NCBI GenBank assembly: GCA_005778215.1
Contig: SXKB01000309.1
Coordinates: 1 to 60,765 of the forward strand
Source of the DNA: Actinomycetota bacterium
GTDB taxonomy: Bacteria > Actinomycetota > Acidimicrobiia > Acidimicrobiales > Ilumatobacteraceae
Direction: 5' to 3'
DNA length: 60,765 nt
Positions 43,082 through 51,934 of the stretch are shown piece after piece (position 1 is the first letter of the stretch; the number at the start of each line of letters is the position of its first letter). The notes under the pieces were generated by a model that saw only the letters and a program-made list of their open reading frames with translations, searched no databases and was not told the origin of the DNA. Made by a program: the position numbers and the translations under genes.

Positions 43082-43320
43082 GTGGATCCTCCACTCACGG
43101 GCGGCAGCACCGCCACTTCGTCTCCGGTGCGCACGGCCATGTGCGGTTCGGCGGGATCGCCGTTCAACCACACCCGGCAGTTCTGCAACACCGCTCGGAA
43201 ACCGGGGCCGTACGCCGCCTCGGCCTGTTCCAACATCTCGCCCACCGTGGCCACGTCGAACTCCGCATGCCCGGTGCCTGCGGCCTCACGGGCAGCAGCG
43301 AACAGACGGAGCGTGGCCAT
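43078..43320 (-). CDS. MoaD/ThiS-family ubiquitin-like sulfur-carrier-type protein (GG followed by two extra residues)
   Basis: MATLRLFAAAREAAG...VWLNGDPA...GDEVAVLPPVSGGST, 80 aa. Confidence 0.8.
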   Translation of the reverse strand: MATLRLFAAAREAAGTGHAEFDVATVGEMLEQAEAAYGPGFRAVLQNCRVWLNGDPAEPHMAVRTGDEVAVLPPVSGGST

Positions 43321-43371
43321 GCGGCAGATGGTAGTGGGCGCATCTCCGCAGCGACGGCTACCCTCCCGGCG

Positions 43372-43980
43372 ATGTCGACCGCTCATCCGCCCGTCACCCG
43401 CATCCTCGCGTTGCGGCACGGCGAGAGCGAATGGAACGCCGTCGGCCGCTGGCAGGGCCAGGAGGACCCGCCGCTCACCGAGACCGGGCTGCTGCAAGCG
43501 CTGACCGCAGCGCAGCAGCTGGGCACGTTCGACGCGGTGTGGGCCAGCACCCTGCAGCGCGCCGCACACACCGCCGCCGTGATCGCCGAGACCATCGGCG
43601 TGGGCCCGGTGCAGACGCACCCGGGCCTGATGGAGGCAGCGTTCGGGCCGTGGCAGGGCCTCACCCACGACGAGATCGAAGCCGGTTGGCCCGGGTACCT
43701 GGCCGAGCACCGCCGTCCCGACGGCGCCGAGGACCCTGCGGCCGTCGTGGCCCGCGCCCTCGACGCGTTCCGCGACATCGCCGCCACCACCTCGGGTGGC
43801 GAGGTGCTGGTGGTCACCCATGCCGGCCTCATCCGTACCGTGTGCCGCGCGCTCGGCGAGCACGACCTGCGGTTCCCCAACCTCGGCGGCACCTGGTTCG
43901 CGGTGCACACCGACGGCCGTGTGGTGGTGGGCGAACAGGTGCAGTTGGTCGAGCCCACCGCGTTCCGCGACACGCTCTGA
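43372..43980 (+). CDS. Histidine phosphatase family protein (phosphoglycerate-mutase-like)
   Basis: The RHGESEWN catalytic motif is present, plus LQRAAHTA and VVTHAGLIR. Confidence 0.9.
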   Translation: MSTAHPPVTRILALRHGESEWNAVGRWQGQEDPPLTETGLLQALTAAQQLGTFDAVWASTLQRAAHTAAVIAETIGVGPVQTHPGLMEAAFGPWQGLTHDEIEAGWPGYLAEHRRPDGAEDPAAVVARALDAFRDIAATTSGGEVLVVTHAGLIRTVCRALGEHDLRFPNLGGTWFAVHTDGRVVVGEQVQLVEPTAFRDTL

Positions 43981-43995
43981 CCACGAAGGTACGGC

Positions 43996-44559
43996 GTGGA
44001 CGACGAACTGCGACTCCCCCTCTTCGACGAACCGGTCGCGGCCGATGCGCGGTCCCCGCGCGATGGCGAACCGTTCCGCGTGGAGGTGGTGCGATCCGCG
44101 CGCCGCAAGCGCACCGTCGGCGCCGAACTCCGTGGCGACATGTTGCACATCGCCATCCCGTCGTGGATGAGCGCGGCCGAGGAGTCGCACTGGGTGGCGA
44201 AGATGACTGCCGGCTTCAAGCGCAAGTTGTCGAGCGACCGCATCGACCTCACCGAGCGCGCCGCCACCCTGGCGCGCCGACACCAGTTGCCCCGCCCGCG
44301 CGAGATCCGCTGGGCCGACGACATGAGCAGCCGCTGGGGTTCGTGCACGTACAGCACGGCCAGCATCCGCATCTCGAACCGGCTCGCCCCGTTCCCCGAC
44401 TGGGTGATCGACTACGTGATCGTGCACGAGCTGTGCCATTTGGAGGTGCGCGGGCACGGCCCCGAGTTCTGGCGTCTCGTGCAGCGTTACCCGAAGGCAG
44501 AGCGGGCGATCGGCTATCTCATCGCGAAGTCGGGCGACTCCGAACTCGACGAGGGTTGA
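43996..44559 (+). CDS. YgjP-like (DUF45 / M48-family) zinc metallopeptidase
   Basis: SRWGSCTYSTASIRISNRL...IDYVIVHELCHLEVRGHGPEFW (HExxH). Confidence 0.88.
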   Translation: MDDELRLPLFDEPVAADARSPRDGEPFRVEVVRSARRKRTVGAELRGDMLHIAIPSWMSAAEESHWVAKMTAGFKRKLSSDRIDLTERAATLARRHQLPRPREIRWADDMSSRWGSCTYSTASIRISNRLAPFPDWVIDYVIVHELCHLEVRGHGPEFWRLVQRYPKAERAIGYLIAKSGDSELDEG

Positions 44560-44567
44560 ACCGTCGG

Positions 44568-46913
44568 TCACGTGACCGCGTGTTCCTGTCGCGGTCGCAA
44601 GCCCACCAACAGACTGCCGGCGATGACGGCGATGAGCGCCATCACCACGAGCGACAGGGTGTTGCGCAGGTCGTCGTCGGCGGCGGTGCCCACGGCCAAC
44701 ACCTGGGCGACGAGCACGCCGCTGGTGATCGACTCGATGCGCGGCGTGCCACGCGACAGTGCGATCTCCGCCGACGTGCTGTCGGCAGCGACCCGCATGC
44801 CCTCGGGCGGCTCCACGAACCCGTGGCACTGACGACCCGGCAGCGGCACCGAGAACCGGCCCGCAGCGTCGGTGGTGGCGCGCGTGGTGCGACCCGGCGC
44901 GTCGCGGCACACCGCACTCACCACGACGCCGTCGAGTCCCTCACCGCCCGCGGCGAGCACCACCACACCGCTCCACCGCGGTGTGAGTGCCGACGCTTCG
45001 GCGCGGGCCGGCAGCGAGCTGGCCACCGCCCCGACCAGTGCGAACAACGACACGAGTCGCAACGCCATCCGGCCGGCACCGGGCGACGCCACCACTTCGG
45101 GGGCGGGCGCCACCGGCATCGGGTCGGTGACCGAGATGCCGGGAGCGAGGCCCAGTTCCTCCCACGCCGGTTCGATCACGCAGAACTCGGCCAGCGCGTC
45201 GGCCGTGACGTCGTCGACCTCCACGAACTCGAGCCCCAGGCGCCATTCACCGGTCACGGTGGGGGCCACGTTGCGCACCACGGCGGACACGGTCATCGAG
45301 GTGACACCCGTGCGGGTGGGCACGATGGCCTCGAGCACGGCGTGCTCACCCACTTCGAACCCGGCATGGCTCACCACACCGGCACCGAGCGCCGTGAGGT
45401 CCACCAGGGTGACGCCACGTTCGGCGAGGCTGGCCGACAGTGCGGCACCCACGCGAGTGGCGCGGCGCACCTGAGCCCGCCGACCCAACACGCGCAGCAC
45501 GTCGAGCGACAGCGCCAGCACCCACAGCCCCACGGCCACCATGGCCAGGAGCGCCGGCTGCGGCAGCTCACCCATCGTGTGCGTGACCCGATCGCTGAGA
45601 CCGCGCAGCACCAGCACGACACTCACCATGATGACGGCGCCGACGAGGCTGGCCCCGTACTGGCGGGCGGGCAGGTTCACCACGGGCGGCCGGCCGCTGT
45701 CGGTGAACGGATCGAGGCCGCTGTTGAACGTGGCACCGATGTTGTGCAGGCTCCAGCGAGTGCGGTCACCCGGTCGCAGTGTCCAGCCGCTCAGCAACGA
45801 CACGGCGAGCGAGGTGTACACGAAGTACGGCGCCCAGAGCACGCCCATCACCGCGACGGTGCCGGTGAAGGGCACCTCACCTGCGAGCAACGCACCGCAC
45901 AGCACGGCCAGGAACGCCACGCGGCGGAGGCTCGACAGCGGCCGTACCGACCACGCCAGTGCAGCGAGGCGCTGGTCGACCGTGAACGAGCGCGGCCGCA
46001 TCACGCCGTACTCGCCGAAAAGCATCTGGCGGGCGCCGCGCACTCGTTGCACGCGCTCGCGGTACACACGGTCGGCGTCGCGCTCTGCGCGGTGTGCCAG
46101 CACGGGCACGTCGGCGGGGGCGGTGATGCGCCACCCGGCGCCGTGCAGCGCCACGGTGGCGAGCCAGCACGACTCCACCGGACCGGCGAGCGTCTCGGGC
46201 ACCACGGCGAGGGCGTGGGTGCGCACCAGCGAACCGGCGCCGGTCCACACGGCCACACCGCGGCGGCCGAGCGCCGGGTTCAACGCGCTGCGTTCGAAGG
46301 TGAGTTCGTGGCGGCCGTCAGGCCCGTGCTCGGGCGAGTCGTCGGCGATGGTGACACCGAGGCCCTGCACCACGGCCACATCGGGGTCGGCGAGGTCGAT
46401 CGCCAACCGTTCCACGATGTCGTCGGTGGGCACGTCGCCGGCGTCGAGCAGCAGGAACTCGCCGGTGTGCACCGTGGCTCGCACCACGGCGAGACCGTTG
46501 TGGTCGTCGGGGTCGGTGGCGGCGTACAGCGCGCCGAACGAGTGGGCGAGCGCCGCGACCTCGGGGCGACCGTCGTGATCGACCACCACCACACGGGCCG
46601 AGCCGCGCACGTCGCGCAGCGCCAACAGCGTGGCCCGCAGTTCGTGTGTGGCCTGGCCGTCGGTGCGCACCACCACGTCGACCGGCGTCACGGTCACCGG
46701 ACCGCGCCGCGCCGCGACAGGACTGGGCCACAACGCCCAGGTCAGCAGCACCGTGGCGAGCAGGCCGACCAGTTCGACCCCGAAGAACGGACCCGCCAGC
46801 CATGCCGGCGCGTGGTCCATCGACGCCACGAGACGCCAACCCAGGTACGCGACACCGCCGATCAGGCCGGTGACCGCGAGCACGCGGGCTGCCAGGTGCT
46901 CGTTCCTCCTCAT
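44568..46913 (-). CDS. Family-2 processive glycosyltransferase (BcsA-like) with a PilZ domain and a C-terminal TM-flanked extracytoplasmic beta domain
   Basis: GT2 motifs are VVVDHDG, LLLDAGD and VQRVRGARQ. There are multiple TMs. The PilZ motifs are RRAQVRR and DLTALGAG. These are followed by a TM, a VVVSAV...TDAAGRFSVPLP segment (CarboxypepD_reg-like) and a terminal TM. Confidence 0.85.
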   Translation of the reverse strand: MRRNEHLAARVLAVTGLIGGVAYLGWRLVASMDHAPAWLAGPFFGVELVGLLATVLLTWALWPSPVAARRGPVTVTPVDVVVRTDGQATHELRATLLALRDVRGSARVVVVDHDGRPEVAALAHSFGALYAATDPDDHNGLAVVRATVHTGEFLLLDAGDVPTDDIVERLAIDLADPDVAVVQGLGVTIADDSPEHGPDGRHELTFERSALNPALGRRGVAVWTGAGSLVRTHALAVVPETLAGPVESCWLATVALHGAGWRITAPADVPVLAHRAERDADRVYRERVQRVRGARQMLFGEYGVMRPRSFTVDQRLAALAWSVRPLSSLRRVAFLAVLCGALLAGEVPFTGTVAVMGVLWAPYFVYTSLAVSLLSGWTLRPGDRTRWSLHNIGATFNSGLDPFTDSGRPPVVNLPARQYGASLVGAVIMVSVVLVLRGLSDRVTHTMGELPQPALLAMVAVGLWVLALSLDVLRVLGRRAQVRRATRVGAALSASLAERGVTLVDLTALGAGVVSHAGFEVGEHAVLEAIVPTRTGVTSMTVSAVVRNVAPTVTGEWRLGLEFVEVDDVTADALAEFCVIEPAWEELGLAPGISVTDPMPVAPAPEVVASPGAGRMALRLVSLFALVGAVASSLPARAEASALTPRWSGVVVLAAGGEGLDGVVVSAVCRDAPGRTTRATTDAAGRFSVPLPGRQCHGFVEPPEGMRVAADSTSAEIALSRGTPRIESITSGVLVAQVLAVGTAADDDLRNTLSLVVMALIAVIAGSLLVGLRPRQEHAVT

Positions 46914-47031
46914 TCCTTGCTACGTCCTCACTGCATCGGGTTCTGTTGTTCTTCATCGGCGCCACGCTGCGTGGACTTGAACCGGCCGCGACGGCGTGAG
47001 GACGGTGGAGGTCGGGTAGCCTTCCCCACTC

Positions 47032-47661
47032 GTGGGCACCGCCAAACGTGAACGTCAGAAGGCCAACCGTCAGCTCCGTCTCGAGGAGCTCGCCAAGGAG
47101 GCCCGCAAGGACAAGTCGAAGAAGGTCGGGCTGCGCATCGGTCTGGCCATCGGTGGCGTGGTCGCCCTGGTGGGTGCGGTGTACCTGTTCAGCGGCGACG
47201 ACAACGACACCGCGGTGCCGGCGTCCACCACGGTCGCGGCCGGTGCCACCACGACGGTGGACCCGAACGCTCCCACCACCACGACGCCGCCGAAGCCCGA
47301 GGTGTCGGTGCCCGGCGCGAACGTCGATGCGTTGAAGGTCACCGTGCTGCGTGAAGGCACCGGTACCGGCGCCGCCGCCGGCGACACCATCAGCGTGCAC
47401 TACGTGGGCGTGCTGTCCACCGACGGCACCGAGTTCGACAACAGCTACGACCGCGGCGAGCCCATCACCATCGAGCTCGGTGCCGGTCAGGTCATCGAGG
47501 GTTGGGACCAGGGGCTCATCGGCGCCACGGTCGGCAGCCAGTTGCAGCTCGACATCCCGGCCGACCTCGCCTACGGCGACGCCGGTCGCACCGGTATCCC
47601 GGGCGGTGCGTCACTCACCTTCGTGGTCGACGTGATGGACATCGTCCCGGCCGCCGGCTGA
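47032..47661 (+). CDS. Membrane-anchored FKBP-type peptidyl-prolyl cis-trans isomerase
   Basis: It has a basic N-tail, the TM IGLAIGGVVALVGAVYLF and a Thr/Pro linker. The FKBP core reads VHYVGVL.DGTEFDNSYDRGEP...GAGQVIEGWDQGL...IPADLAYGD. Confidence 0.92.
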   Translation: MGTAKRERQKANRQLRLEELAKEARKDKSKKVGLRIGLAIGGVVALVGAVYLFSGDDNDTAVPASTTVAAGATTTVDPNAPTTTTPPKPEVSVPGANVDALKVTVLREGTGTGAAAGDTISVHYVGVLSTDGTEFDNSYDRGEPITIELGAGQVIEGWDQGLIGATVGSQLQLDIPADLAYGDAGRTGIPGGASLTFVVDVMDIVPAAG

Positions 47662-47689
47662 TCGGGCCCCACTGCTCAGGCGCTACTGA

Positions 47690-48313
47690 TCAGGGCAGTT
47701 CGCCGAACACCTCGGCGTTGCCCACCCGTTCCCAGCCGTCGGCGGTGCGCACCAGCGCGTCGCCGGTGCGCAGCACGCCCACGCTGGTGTTGGCGAGGTC
47801 GCGGGTGCGGTGCAGTCGTTCGGGCGACCACGTCTCGGCCTCGGTGACCAACGCGAGGTCGCGCACCAGGCCCAGCCCCAGCGTGAACGCTCCACCGCGC
47901 GGATCGACCATCGGGTCGCACATCGCAGCCGCGCTGCCGCCCGTGGCCGCGACGACACCACCGTTGGCCAGCACCGTGTCGAGCGCCTCGAACAGCGGCG
48001 TGTCCTTCAGCACCGACTTGAGGTGCAGCGGCTGATCACCCACGAACCACACGGCCTTCGCCGCGCGCACCACCTCGGCGGCGCCCGGCTCCATCGCTTC
48101 GCCGCGACGCAGCACCATCAACGCCTCCACCGCCACGTCCAGCCGTTCGGCCCAGTTCATCGCCGTGGCGACCAGGCGTTCGGGGTGTTCGAAGGCGTCG
48201 GCGGTGGGCAGCACCACCACCTCGGTGGCGCCGGCGGCGCGCAGCAGGCGGGCGTCGAGTTCGTCGTTGGCGGTGAAGGGGCCGCCGCCCTGCAGTGCAA
48301 TCGTGCCGGTCAT
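47690..48313 (-). CDS. Peptidase S51 / cyanophycinase-like class-I glutamine-amidotransferase-fold protein
   Basis: IALQGGGPF...VVVLPTA...AVWFVGDQPLHL...GVVAATGGSAAAM. Confidence 0.7.
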   Translation of the reverse strand: MTGTIALQGGGPFTANDELDARLLRAAGATEVVVLPTADAFEHPERLVATAMNWAERLDVAVEALMVLRRGEAMEPGAAEVVRAAKAVWFVGDQPLHLKSVLKDTPLFEALDTVLANGGVVAATGGSAAAMCDPMVDPRGGAFTLGLGLVRDLALVTEAETWSPERLHRTRDLANTSVGVLRTGDALVRTADGWERVGNAEVFGELP

Positions 48314-48341
48314 GGCGCCGAGCGTACGCGGCGCGCGGCGA

Positions 48342-49118
48342 CTATTCGGTGAGTTCGGCGCGGAGCCGCTCGACCGCATCGGCGGGGACGCCCATGGCCA
48401 TCGCGAACTCGCAGATGCTGCCGTGGCGCTGGCGCACGTGGCCGATCATCCGCATCATCGCCTCGGGCACGGCGGCCGAGAACACGGCGGGGCCCTCCAT
48501 GATGCGTGCGTGCAGTTCGGGGAACTCCCGTGCCGACCAGTCGCGCATGCGCTGCATGCCCGCCTCGGTGAGGGCGTAGTCGGCCACGATGTACTCGTCG
48601 AGCACGTCGAGGCAGCCCAGCACGGTCATGGCCAGCATGCCGGTGCGGTCCTTGCCGGCGGCGCAGTGGAACACGGCGGGCAACGCGTCCTGCTCGGCCA
48701 GCAGCACGGCGGCCTCGGCGAGGCGACGTTCGCCTTCCTCGAGCATCGCGAGGTAGGCGCTCTCCAGGAAGTCGGCGGCATCGGTGGCGTGTTCGCCCTG
48801 CGCTGCGGTCCACGTGCTGTCGATGACCGGTACGTGATGGAACTGCACGGGGTGGTGCTCGCGCGGGAAGGTGCCGCGTTCGTCGAGCTCGGCGTGGGTG
48901 CGCAGGTCGATCACGGTGCGCAGGCCGAGGCCGCGCACCACCTCGAGGTCGGCGTCGGTGAGCCGGTACAGGCCGTCGGCGCGGAACAGGCGACGCCAAC
49001 GGGTGGTGCGCCCGTCGAGCGTGGGATACCCGCCCATGTCGCGGAAGTTGTGCACCGCGTCGAGCCGCACCAGGCGCCGCGGGTCGTCGCCGATGGAGGG
49101 GAGGAGGTGGGGGGTCAT
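48342..49118 (-). CDS. Protein-tyrosine phosphatase-like protein
   Basis: NFRDMGG...VIDLR and the active site VFHCAAGKDRTG (CX5R). Confidence 0.88.
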   Translation of the reverse strand: MTPHLLPSIGDDPRRLVRLDAVHNFRDMGGYPTLDGRTTRWRRLFRADGLYRLTDADLEVVRGLGLRTVIDLRTHAELDERGTFPREHHPVQFHHVPVIDSTWTAAQGEHATDAADFLESAYLAMLEEGERRLAEAAVLLAEQDALPAVFHCAAGKDRTGMLAMTVLGCLDVLDEYIVADYALTEAGMQRMRDWSAREFPELHARIMEGPAVFSAAVPEAMMRMIGHVRQRHGSICEFAMAMGVPADAVERLRAELTE

Positions 49119-49184
49119 CACCGGATCACCGTACCCAGGCCAGGTTGCAGACCGGTGCCTGGCAGGTGTCACAGGGGTGAATCG

Positions 49185-50408
49185 TCAGCCGGGGTGCACC
49201 TGGTCGATCGAGGCCCGCAGCCGGGTGACGATCTGCTCGATGTCGGCCTCGGTCACCACGAACGGCGGGGCCACCATCACCGCGTCGGCCACGGGACCCG
49301 ACCCGGCGGGGTACACCCACATGTCGCGTTCGAGTGCGGCCATCATCACGGCATCGCGGCTGCAGCGCAGCTCGATGCCCCAGAACAGGCCCTTGCCGCG
49401 GATCTCCACCACGGCCGGGTGGTCGCCGAGCTCGGCGCGCAGTCGCGACTCGAGCACCGCACCCATCGACGCAGCGCGGGCCACCAACGACTCGCGGCGC
49501 AGGATCTGCAACACCTCCAGGCCGGCGGCGCAGGCACCGTCGTTGCCAGTGAACGTGAAGTACATGAAGCCCGACCCGCGCAGCGTCTCGGCCACCTCGT
49601 CGGTGGCGGCCACCGCGCCGAGCGGCACGTAGCCACCGCCCAGCCCCTTGCCGCCGACGATGACGTCGGGCTCGAACGGGAAGTGCTGGTGACCCCAGGT
49701 GATGCCGGTACGGCCGTACCCGGTCATCACCTCGTCGGCGATGAGCAGGATGTCGTGCTCGTGGCAGATGTCGGTGACGGTCTGCCAGTACTCGTCGCTC
49801 GCGGTGAGGCAGGCACCGGCGGCGCCGGTGATCGGCTCGGCGATGAACCCGGCGATGGTGCCCGGGTCCTCCTGCTCGATCACCTTCAGCACCTGCTCGG
49901 GGTCGTCCCAGGGCACCTTCGGGAACGGCAGCAGCAGTGGCTCGTACCCCTTCTGGCGGGTGAGGTGGCTGGCCGCCGCCATCGTGCCCAGGGTCATGCC
50001 GTGGTAGCTGGGGTGGCGGCCCACCACCTTCCACCGATCGGGCCGGCCCTTGGCCACCTGGTACGCGCGGGCCAGGCGGATGGCCGAGTCGGTGCTCTCG
50101 CTGCCGCCGCTGGTGAAGAACACGTGGCTCATGCCCTCGGGCAGCCAGTGGTCGACGAGTTCGTCGTGCAGGGCGAGACGCGACGGCGTGGGCCACAGCG
50201 GCACCACGTAGCCCATCTTCATCGCCGCGGCCGCGGCCTGCGCCACCGACGTGCGGCCCCAGCCGACGTTGCCGACGATGGCACCGGCGGCGGCATCGAG
50301 GATGCGGCGGCCATCGGCAGTGATGAGGTGCACGCCGTCACCGTCGACGATGGTGGGTGACTCGACGGCACCCGGCAGGAAGGCGTAACGCTCGGAATCA
50401 GTGGGCAT
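49185..50408 (-). CDS. Class-III (omega) pyridoxal-phosphate aminotransferase
   Basis: FFTSGGSESTDSA...GYHGMT...LLIADEVMTGYGRTG...DVIVGGKGLGGGYVPLG. Confidence 0.92.
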   Translation of the reverse strand: MPTDSERYAFLPGAVESPTIVDGDGVHLITADGRRILDAAAGAIVGNVGWGRTSVAQAAAAAMKMGYVVPLWPTPSRLALHDELVDHWLPEGMSHVFFTSGGSESTDSAIRLARAYQVAKGRPDRWKVVGRHPSYHGMTLGTMAAASHLTRQKGYEPLLLPFPKVPWDDPEQVLKVIEQEDPGTIAGFIAEPITGAAGACLTASDEYWQTVTDICHEHDILLIADEVMTGYGRTGITWGHQHFPFEPDVIVGGKGLGGGYVPLGAVAATDEVAETLRGSGFMYFTFTGNDGACAAGLEVLQILRRESLVARAASMGAVLESRLRAELGDHPAVVEIRGKGLFWGIELRCSRDAVMMAALERDMWVYPAGSGPVADAVMVAPPFVVTEADIEQIVTRLRASIDQVHPG

Positions 50409-51057
50409 CCACCGAGTATCGCGCCAGGTGGTGTCGGAACATGATGCTGAGGCGCGGCCCCTGCACGGCGGCGGTCTTCGGCACGCAGTGCTCCCACTGG
50501 TGCTGGCACGCACCGCCCATCACGAACAGGTCGCCCGGCCCGAGCTGCCACCACCGCGATGCCCCACCACCCTTCGGGCGCATCTGGAACGTGCGCGGCG
50601 CGCCGGTGCTGACGATGGCCACCACCGGGTTCTCGAGGTGGAACCGTTCGCGGTCGGCGTGCCACGCCACCGAGTCGCGACCGTCGCGGTAGAGGTTGAA
50701 GCCGATGGCGTCGAACGGTCGGTGGTACCGCACGGTGAGCGCGTGCAGTGCGTCGTGCAGCACGGGCAATGGGGCGGGCGGCTGCTCGCTGCTCCACCAC
50801 GCGGTGAGCCGCGGCTCGGGCAGTTGCCGATCGAACATCACCACCTGCCGCTGCCGCCAGCTGAGCTTCGCGACGAGTTCGGCGAACACCAGGTCGGCGC
50901 CGTGCAACCAGCCGGGCACGTGGTCCACCCAGCTCTCGTCGTCGAGCAGGGTGCGCTCCACGCCGAGGAACTCGTGGTCGACGGCGGGCTCCTCGAAGGC
51001 GAAGAGACATTGCTGCCAGATGAGGGCGGGATCGTCGACGGCGGGCATGTCGGCCAT
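50398..51057 (-). CDS. alkB: Alpha-ketoglutarate-dependent dioxygenase AlkB
   Basis: FNLYRDGRDSVAWHADRE...GDLFVMGGACQHQWEHCVP...RLSIMFR is the HxD...H Fe(II) triad with RxS. The 3' end overlaps the aminotransferase start by 11 nt. Confidence 0.88.
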   Translation of the reverse strand: MADMPAVDDPALIWQQCLFAFEEPAVDHEFLGVERTLLDDESWVDHVPGWLHGADLVFAELVAKLSWRQRQVVMFDRQLPEPRLTAWWSSEQPPAPLPVLHDALHALTVRYHRPFDAIGFNLYRDGRDSVAWHADRERFHLENPVVAIVSTGAPRTFQMRPKGGGASRWWQLGPGDLFVMGGACQHQWEHCVPKTAAVQGPRLSIMFRHHLARYSVDAH

Positions 51058-51127
51058 CCTCGCGTGTCGAACACACGTTCGCAAGCGCGGCACGGAGGAG
51101 GCGGTCGCGGGGCCCTAGAGTGCCCCC

Positions 51128-51934
51128 GTGCCCAAGCCCTTCGAACCCGTGCGCATCGAGTCGGCCGACGACGAGCGCATCGTCGACTACGTGGGCCTGC
51201 GCGACCGCAAGGAGAGCGACCAGTACCTCATCGCCGAGACCGCGCCGGTGGTGGAACGCCTGCTCGCGTCGACGTTCAAGGTGCGCTCGTTCCTGCTCAC
51301 CGAAAAGGGGTACGCCCGCCTGAAGCCGGCCATCGACGCGGCCACCCTGCCGGCGCCGGTGTATCTGGCCGAGCGCGACGTGATGGAGCAGATCACCGGA
51401 TTCGACATCCACCGCGGGGTGCTCGCCTCGGCGCGTCGGCCCTCGCAACGCACGCTCGGCGACCTGCTGTCGCGTTCGAAGCGCATCATCATCCTCGAGG
51501 GTTCCAACGACCACGAGAACATCGGCGTGGTGGCGCGCTCGGCACGCGCCCTCGGCTTCGACGCGATGGTGCTCGACCCGTCGTGCGCCGACCCGTACTA
51601 CCGGCGCAGTGTGCGAGTGTCGATGGGCGAGATCTTCCATCTCCCCATCACCCGCTGCACGAAGTGGCCAGAGCCGTTGGAGTTCATCGCGCAGCAGGGG
51701 TTCGAGACCTGGGCGCTCACCCCCGACGCCGACGCCGAGAACCTGTTCACGATGGGCATGCCCGACAAGGTGGCGTTGCTGGCCGGCGCCGAGGGGCCGG
51801 GCCTCACGCCGATGGCCCGGGCGCGCACGCACTACGACGTGCGCATTCCGATGCACCACGGGGTCGACTCGTTGAACCTCGGGCACGCGTTGGCCATCGC
51901 GATGGCCGCCGTGTCACCCCCTGTTCAGGACTGA
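51128..51934 (+). CDS. TrmH/SpoU-family RNA 2'-O-methyltransferase
   Basis: IILEGSNDHENIGVVARSARALG...ALLAGAEGPGLT...IPMHHGVDSLNLGHA. It has a GTG start. Confidence 0.9.
   Translation: MPKPFEPVRIESADDERIVDYVGLRDRKESDQYLIAETAPVVERLLASTFKVRSFLLTEKGYARLKPAIDAATLPAPVYLAERDVMEQITGFDIHRGVLASARRPSQRTLGDLLSRSKRIIILEGSNDHENIGVVARSARALGFDAMVLDPSCADPYYRRSVRVSMGEIFHLPITRCTKWPEPLEFIAQQGFETWALTPDADAENLFTMGMPDKVALLAGAEGPGLTPMARARTHYDVRIPMHHGVDSLNLGHALAIAMAAVSPPVQD

Noticed and set aside
51764-51773. GGGCATGCCC inside the TrmH-family gene as a further copy of the palindromic element.
   Set aside because: Only the 10-bp core matches and the flanks differ. It encodes MGMP in frame, so it is a chance occurrence.
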